A DNA stretch of 64,000 nucleotides from Cycas panzhihuaensis (Eukaryota > Plantae > Cycadophyta). The position numbers and the translations under genes are program-made. The notes beneath the pieces were generated by a model, which saw only the letters and a program-made list of their open reading frames with translations, ran no database searches and had not been told where the DNA came from. The first letter of the stretch is position 1. Every line of letters begins with the position of its first letter. The stretch spans positions 95,549,741 through 95,613,740 of the forward strand of contig CM041465.1 in NCBI GenBank assembly GCA_023213395.1, given 5' to 3'. Below are positions 55,337 to 64,000 of this stretch, in pieces.

Positions 55337-58300
55337 TATTAGAATTTAGAATTTAACTCTGATACCATATTGTAATGTACTTATTATATGCAGTGGAAGT
55401 GTATCAAATATATATAACCAATAAATTATATCATGAGGAATGTACACAAATAATGTAATATAATTTGAACATATTAAGCAATAACATAAATCATAAAGTA
55501 TAAATATATCAAGTATACATGCCAAGATACATAACAAATTTATACATGGAAGATTCAATGTGGAAAATATCATGGGAGAATGTTAGAGTTAGAAGCTCCT
55601 CTTTAGATATCAAATAGTTACATTTCTTTTTTCAAGTTATCAAGTGGTGAATATATAGATTTATATGAATAGTTACATCATAAATAGTCTATAATATCTC
55701 TTGAGTTATTTCATCATCCAATATGATATGTACATGAATAATTGTGAAATTCACATCTCTCAATGCTTTTAGTGAGAGAGATTTTCTCTTAGTCCACTAC
55801 TTTATATTAAATATTATATATGTGATAACATTACATATCCTAGTACTCCTCCTTAATCTTTAATGTCTTCAAATTTTTAATCCTTAAATATCTAACCTTA
55901 GTCTTCAATTCTTTGTATCTTCCTTATATGTTGGAATCTATAAATCTATATCAACCTATATTAATCTATATCAAACTGTATCACCTATAACCTGCAAGTC
56001 TATTAATATCATGCTTGTTTCCTGCAAACATTAACCTTTAATCAACTTATAATTATCTTTGATCATTAGTAACTAATTATAAATAACTAACCTATAAAAC
56101 TATAAACTAATAATTAATCATTTATGAAACATCAACCAATATACATGACTCTCATTATCACACATATATGAAGTGTTTTCCTAAATAATTTCATATCTTC
56201 ACTTGTAAAGCTATTATGAATCATAAGATTTGTCAACCTATCATCTCAACAATCTTAAAATTTAAAATGATTACTGATGGCTATATAAAATAATGACTAT
56301 ATATCAAAATACATGGGTAACTAATCACTATAATCACTAGTTTTCTATGATGTATTTCTTATATATGGTTTTCTTTTAATTTTCTTTTTTTGATTTGGTA
56401 AAATGTAGAACGGGTTTGAATAGGTCCCTAAACCTTTTATAGAATTTGCCTATCGACTAAAATAGGATGGCCATGACCTGCCCATGGCCTAGAAAAATTA
56501 GAAAACCACTATGTCTTTAAAAGCCATGATAAGTCCAATGTCTAGCTTGCCCATTCTTAGGCTAACACATCTAATTTGACCAGACTCAGGAGCTCCTCCA
56601 GAAAGCTCTCTTTCTAAACCCTCATTCTTTTGTTTGAAACCATCTAATTAGCAAGCCAATCAGTAGTTGCATTACCCTCTCTATATGTATGGCTAATTTG
56701 AGAACCCTATTTTGATCTTAGAACATCCTGAGTATCCCTCACCATATCCATATTATGCCAATCAACCTCAGTATCCCCCCAGAGGATCCTAACCACATTA
56801 AGTGAATTTCCTTCAATCATCACCTTATCATAATTGTCCTTATCTATAATACTCACTGCTCTCTGCATAGCTTTTAGCTTAGCCTTATGGTTTGTCTGAT
56901 GGCCATAGTATTTTGCAAAGGGCCATCTCACCTTACCGTCTGGGTATCTGCAAAGACCTTCCCCACCTACCTCACTAGGATTACCTTTTGATGCCCCATC
57001 AAAATTTATTTAAACCCAATTATCTATAAGCAGTCTCCAAAGGCACTTTCTCCTCCTAGCTCTTGTAATATTTGGTCTTCTTATCCCCCAACCATCCATG
57101 ATGTTGCCTTTCTATTTTGGAATACTTTCCTCATCCAAGGATTTAAGTATTTCCACTGTCATTGTACAAATCATTTCATAGAGCCTAAGCTCATCCAATT
57201 CCTTCCCTTGGAATATTCTTCTATTTCATTCCTTCTAGATAGTCCATCCTACCATTGGCAGGATTATTTTCCATAGTAAACCCAATGTCTTGCTCCTAAA
57301 TGGAGATTTCCACATCATCCATTAGTCTACTAGGGTCCTAGGACATACCCATGATATCCCAAGATTGGACTAGATACAAGCCTAGATTCTCTTAGAAAAA
57401 GAGCAATGAATACTAATATGGTCCAATGTCTCCTCATCCTTCTTATAAAGCACATACCTATTCAGCATGGCAAAACCACACTTATGAAGATTGTCAACTA
57501 TTAAAATCTTGTTCTAAAGACATAGCCACTAGAAGATTGCCACCTTAGGGATGAGACCTAGCTTCCACACTCCTACCAACAATGTGTTCTTTCTAAACCC
57601 CTCCTCCAAACATATGGCTTGGTATCCTTCCTTCATAGTGTACCCCCCTAAAGGGGAATTTGACCATATAATCATATCTGCCATATGTCTTTTTGGCATA
57701 TAATATTGATCAAGCTCTCTCTTAAGGGTCTAAATATTCTCCCCCTATTCTTGGATCCCTTGGAGCTCCTCTAAAGATCTCTAGGCTATATTTTGTCGTG
57801 ACCCTCCCAGTAATCCTTAACCTTCATACCAAAAGTATCTTCACAAATGACTTGCAAATTAACAATGTTAGATCTATCTTTTAATTGGTAGTTTCCACAC
57901 CATTTATCTTCCTAAAACTTAATGCTTTTCCCATTCCCCAACTTCCATCTGATGTCTAAAGTTAGAATAGGTCTCGAATATGTGAAGCTCTTTCATATTG
58001 GGGACCTAAAAACCTCCCCTACCTCATCTCTCAAAAAATGATTACCCCCCAGATATTTTTCAGAAATAATCTTGGGCCATTATCCTCCTTCATCCTTCAC
58101 CAATCTCTAGCCAAGCTTGGCTACTAGGGCCCTATTAAAGGACCCTAATCTTTTAATGTTAAGCCATCCTACCCATCCATTCATATATACTTTGTCCCAA
58201 GTAACCAAGTGGATTCTATCCTTTTCTTCTATACCAGGCTAAAGGAATCTTTTCTAGATGCCTTCTAAGATCAATATGACCTTGCTCAAAGCCCTGAATA

Positions 58301-61300
58301 TTAACATCATATATACTAGGATGCTCTATAGAGAGTCAACCACCAATTAAATCTTTCCAGCTGAACTGGGGAGAGATCCTTTCTAGTCAGCCAATTTCCT
58401 TTACATCATGTCCACAATAGGATTCCAGAGCACCTTACCCATATTATTAACAAACACTGACATCCCTAGGTAGGTAGATGGAAGGGGTCTGATGGGGATC
58501 TCTAACTCCCTACTAATATTCCTTTGTAGTCTCTCATGGGTATTTATAAAGAATATAGAGATTTTCTCCAAATCTATTCTTTGGTTTGTAGCCCTCTCAT
58601 AGGCCTGGAGACTAGCCTTAAATGCTCTAACTTCCTCTAAGGCCACCTTTCCTAGAAGGATGTTGTCATCAACAAATTGATGATGGATAATATTATTTAT
58701 GCTAGATATGGGTTTTAATCCAACCACCCAATATTTCCTCCTGGCCGCCTCGATAACCCTCCCTAAAATTTCTACTATAATAATAAAAAGGTAGGGGGAT
58801 AAAGGGTCCCCCTACCTTAAACCTTTGTAACTAGAGAAGAAGGGAGTCGAGGTGCCACTTATCAAAACATAGTAGAAGGGTTTAGATATATAATACATCA
58901 TTCATTCCCTCCATACCTCGTCAGACCCAAATGCCTAGAGTTAGTCTGTTATGCAATCCCACGCCACCCTATCGTAAGCTTTAGACATGTCAATTTTCAC
59001 AATCATGCCAGCTTCTTTTCTTTGATGGACCGAGTGAACTATCTTATACACCACAATAATACCATCCAAGATTTATCTACCTTTTACAAACCCATCATGA
59101 TTTGGAGATATAATAAGAGGCAAGTATTTCTTTAATCTATTTGCCAAAATCTTGGCCAAAATTTTATATTTTATATTACAGAGGCTTATCAGTCTAAACT
59201 CATCCATGACTTTTGCCCCTTCTTTCTTCTCAAAGAATTCATTCAAGGCCAGTTTTAAAACTTCCTTGATTATATCCTAGAATTCTTGAAAAAAACCTAG
59301 GGGAAAATCATCTAGGCTGGGGGTTTTATCTCATCCCATATTAAAGAGGGCCTTCTCCACTTCCTCCATTGAAAAGGGTTCCTTCATCCACCTATTTTGG
59401 TCTTCTTTGATCATCTTAGGAATATATCCCATAAGTTCCTTTCTTAAATCCATCTCCTAGCATCCAGGTTTTTCAAATAAATTCTTGAAGTAGTACATTA
59501 CTATGCATTTAATTTCCTTGTTTATCTCATGCTTGGCTCTATCCCTACTTCTCAATTTATTTATTCTATTGTAGGACCTCTATTTTAGAGTAGACATATG
59601 AAAAAACTTTGTGTTTCTATCTCCCTTTGCTAGCTAGAGGGCTCTTGACTTCTGCTTCTAGTGAATTTCCTCCTTGGCCAAAACCTCTTCCAAGATTTTT
59701 ATAACCAAACGTTCATCTGGTCCAAAGTGAGGGATCTGCCTTCCTCCTAGATACTACCCTCAATCTCATTAAACTCCCATAGAATTCATCTTTTAGCTTC
59801 AAAAATGTTGCAAAATACATCTTTATTCCAAGCTTTAATTTGCCTTTTAACTTAGTTCAACTTATTTGAGAACCTAAACATAACATACCCCTCCACTGGG
59901 ATACTCCACTATTCCTTAACCCGGTCCTTAAGGTATGGATATCTCAACCATATAAGTTCAAATTGAAAAGGGGCCCCATGGCATTTTTCCAAAGTATTAA
60001 ACTCAAGCATCAAAGGTGAATAATTAGAGGCCACCTTTGGAAGAGCTTCTAGTTTGGTATCTTCATGGAGCCTCATCCATTCATAGTTAATCAACACCCT
60101 ATCTAGCTTTATCTAGATGTGGTTGATACGCATTTTCCCATTAGACTGGGTATACTTAGCGCCTCTCAGTGGGATGTCCATCAATCCACATTTTTGAAAT
60201 AATTCACTTAGATTTGTCATGCTCCTAGACCATCCCTCTTGTCCCCCTTTCTTTTCTCTTGGGGATAAAGTCGTATTTAAGTCCCCTACTACCAACCAAG
60301 GACCCTTCCAATCTTTATGAACTTCCATAATCTTGTCCTAAAGATTCTTTTTACCTTCCATCATTGTTAAAGTATAAATATTGGTGACAAGCCACTATAC
60401 ATTTGACCTCCTACAGGTAAAGCATACTGTCATAAAGTGTTCTTCCTAAACCATACCTATCCTATGCTAAACTCTCAGGTTCTAGAGTACTACCATACCA
60501 CCCAAGCCTAAAGATCCTTCTTTCGCTAGCATCTCTCTATTCTTCCAAACCTTGTTTTTCACATCTAACCCCTTTTCTCTCTCTAATTTAGTTTCCTATA
60601 GTATTATAATATCCCCTCCTAGTCTAGCTCCTAAATCCTTGACAACTCTCTACTTTGAGGGGGAATTTAAGCCCCTAATATTCTAAGAAATAATCCTCAT
60701 GGCCTATATGGGACCCCCCTTCCCCTATCCAGGTTATCTCCTACTACTAAGAAATGGTCCTTTGATCATCCCTTCCTTTAGGGTTCATTGATACCCTTGG
60801 TTAATTTGGGAGATGGTCTCTCTTTCTTATATCACTCTTTTAAAAAGTCTTCTAACCCTTCTGTCACTGCCCAAATCAAGGCCTCTTCTCTGACTCACTG
60901 ATTCCTCCTGTGCCCCCTTACTTTTAACTATCCACATATATTCCGTGCTAATCGGCCCTTCCAACCCCTCTCCTATAATCAGGGCCTCCTCAAATTTCAT
61001 CCTAACTTAGTTATCACCTATGGCTTGGCCCCTATCTTCAGTAACTACAGGCCCTTACTTCCCTTCCTCCTAACGCTTGGGTAGATCCTTCTCCTTACCT
61101 TCCTCTGAGAGGGTGTCATCTTCTTGCCAATTTATGGTATCACCTCCTTCCTTCATCCTCTCATCCTGAGGGGGCTCTTCCACACTGGTCCCCTGGGTAT
61201 CACCTATGATCTTCTCTCCTACTGTGCTTCTAGTCTGTTAAGATCATTACTCAGAACTTCCTTCTCACTTACCCATTCCTTTTCTATGTCCCCTTAACAC

Positions 61301-63640
61301 TTCATTAGGAGGTGCCCTAAGCATTTGCATCTAGAGCATCTGAAGCTATCTAACTCATATATCAATTTCTGGTCTATATTCCACCCTTTAATTTCAATAC
61401 TAACCTCTCTTGGCAAGCTATTGTTAAGTCTCACTAGGATACAAAACCTAGTATATATTAGCCATTTCCTATTCTTTGTTGTTGAATCTGTTAGTAGTAA
61501 AGGGCCTATTACTCTTGACACACCTTTTATTACTTCCAAATTCCATAACTACAAAGGTAACCCTAGAATCTAGACCCATATCAGTGCTTGTTTCATTATT
61601 GTGATTGATGGGTCAAAATCTGGATGCCACTTTTCTAAAGTGATTGCCTTCTGGTCAAGCATCCATGGATACTTTAGAAGCATGCTAATCATATCTTCTT
61701 GATTAGCAAATCTAAATAGGATGTAACCCTTTAGCATAGCCATAACCTCCATCAGGTTCTTTGTTCTTCACTTATTCACTATCCATTTTCTAATGATGTC
61801 AAGCCCTGGTCTAGGCCCTGAAAACCTATCAACTAGGCTATTCTCCTAGTATTTCTCCATCTTATAGGTCTTTTGGTACATGTATTTTAATTTGGTTATC
61901 TTGATAAATTGGGTTGATCTCATACATCTCTGTCTCTCCATTTCTTAAGGCATCTAAGTAGGTCTTTCCCAGAGGAGAGGACTGGGTTTGGTTTGTATGT
62001 ATGGTTTCCTCCATTGACACAAAAATAAATCAAAATATATGAAAAAATTACTAGGCTAAAATGAAGACTCACCTGACATAAATAGGTCACATACATAGCT
62101 TTGTGGTATAGATCCTCTCCAGTGTTATCTTGGCTTCCCTTACTCTCCAACTCTTAGAGTTTGTCCTTAGTCTAGACTTTTGTTTTGGGCCTCAATCTTT
62201 ATTTCTTGTCCCCCACTACTAGATGAGGAATATTGTATAGTCTTAAAATTAGATAGAGGCTACATATGCTCTTTAGATTCCATCCAACTTTCCTTTAGAG
62301 TCTCCTTATACACCTCAGAAACCATCCTTTTTGTAGGAAGAGAAACTCAACTGTGTTCTATAATGATGGGCCTCCTTGAGCTTGATGTCCACCATGGTGA
62401 GGATCTAGTCCCACCCAACCTCCTTATGCCACTGTGGTCCCACCTCTACCCTAGCTTAGATGATTGGAAGCTCCTTTGATCGATTCTACCTTCATTTTAA
62501 CTCAGTCGTTCCGTCTCAACAAAACCTAGCCATTCCATCTTCGATCTCCAAAAGTGAAAATTCTTATATATGGTTTATCAATAAATAAGAGTAACATAAA
62601 ATCTCTTACCTCTTATATAAGAGAATAATAACATAATCTATACATTGTACAAGAGTAGTCTCACTCATCTTGTCTCTTATATATAAGTAAATAACTTGTG
62701 TGCTGCATTTGTTCATGCTTCTACACACTTATAACTTTCTTTTAGCAACCATTAATAACTCATCAACATCATCATCAAATCAATAATCAAATATGATAAC
62801 TTAGGAAATAGGGCATATCACTTAGCCAAGACAATTTAGTTATAATAAGGTAATGTAAATAGAGTGTTTTCATGTCTCTTGTCATATATGGCTACTTAGA
62901 TTTCCCACTAAAAAATACATTACTTATATCAATTAGACTCATCGATAGTTGATTTTTATGTTAAGTAATTGATATATAAGACTTTTTCTTGTTCTCCTTC
63001 TACCATAAATAGGTAGAAATTACTCAATTATCACATCTACTTATCTCTTCAATAAATAAATAATCTAGGTCTTTCACTAAATATCATGTGGTGTCATCAA
63101 TCATCAAATAAGTATCTAATAAATAGGTGATCATTAACATTTAATTAGTGTTATATATCCACTAAATCAAATGAATAAATTCCAAGCAGGATTTCATATC
63201 CAACATATTTCAAAAGATTCCCACATCAATATCACATCAAATATGTTCCCACGTCATATATTTTTTTATCAATTTTGAGACTTTAAATGCCATTAATAAG
63301 TCTTTATGTATTTAAGTTTAATTTTTATTTATTTATTTATTTAGTATTTATTAATAATAATATTATCATCATCTTTGAAGCCCTAAAAAACATTAGAATA
63401 TACAAAAATAATTTTAGAAAAGATAATCAAATGTATTTTTTATGAGGTTAAAATCATTTCAATCATCTTTACCCATTAATATCTCTATTATTTAATTTAT
63501 AAAATATTTCTTACAACTATTAGTTTTGACTATCTTAAAATTCTCTTTTCAATACAAGTAATGACACCTAAATCTAACATCCTAATGAAAAGTTATACTA
63601 AAAAAATCTATTAATATGTTATAAAAAAGTGAGTGTTTCT
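55337..63640 (-). mobile_element. Second copy of the element B family (3' LTR + internal region; 5' end not seen in the window)
   Basis: LTR 55337-~55845 resembles 24798-25313. PPT reverse complement CTCCTCCTTAA ~55846-55856. 55860-56370 plus 62577-63640 align with 25314-25390 plus 39590-41080. Confidence 0.85.
56372..62560 (-). mobile_element. Older near full-length L1-type LINE (~6.2 kb) with RNase H
   Basis: 16-bp TSD TTCTTATATATGGTTT at 56356-56371 and 62561-62576. Degenerate poly(T) 56372-56391. ORF1 ATG 62014 (CSRCKCLGHLLMKC). ORF2 start MRIIS*NIRGLN at 60700. QFVDD (58401-58727). RNase H (56707-57010). Confidence 0.95.
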
Positions 63641-64000
63641 TTAAAAATGATGTTAAGCCCCTTTTTAGTTGGCTATTGGTCATATGGTGACATCTTGTGA
63701 TAGTTTGCTTAACAAAAGGGGCTAATGAACATACTCTATTAAATCTAGTTAAATTTAAATTTATAATTATAAAAAAAAATCAAATCTAGTTTATAAATTT
63801 TGATGTCTATAGATTTGGAATATTATCAAAAAAATCAACCATCACCTTTGTAATTTTTTTCATCATAATCAAAATTTATACTATAAATTTTGTTAAACTT
63901 CACTAGTAACTTTGATTTCTCTATGTAGCAAAATTTATGTGGTTACAACAATGATGTAGTGATCTATTCTAATGTGGGATTATATTAGTTATAGGATTAT

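Overview
AT-rich, gene-free window of a large land-plant nuclear genome (gymnosperm-like by element style; inference). It is made almost entirely of nested, mostly decayed retrotransposons. No host gene, rRNA, tRNA or CRISPR array can be supported. Resolved elements: several Ty3/gypsy chromovirus relics; three minus-strand L1-type LINEs with a C-terminal RNase H and 15-16 bp TSDs (one 5'-truncated, two near full length); a four-layer nest (copia A < non-autonomous LTR element B < copia C < LINE); a young gag-only copia-like element (11506-16855) carrying a decayed antisense ORF; and a gag-protease-only gypsy element (46329-50933) whose leader holds a ~456-bp-arm inverted repeat. A possible outer 44-kb LTR element bounded by a CTTGG TSD spans 10066-54102. 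The most unusual signals are: LTRs that have absorbed a copy of their own tRNA-iMet primer-binding site in three apparently different families; the long hairpin inside a retroelement leader; the unidentified antisense ORF; and a covarying 3'-UTR stem-loop plus a conserved 5' splice-donor-like motif in the L1 elements. All coordinates and identities were read by eye.
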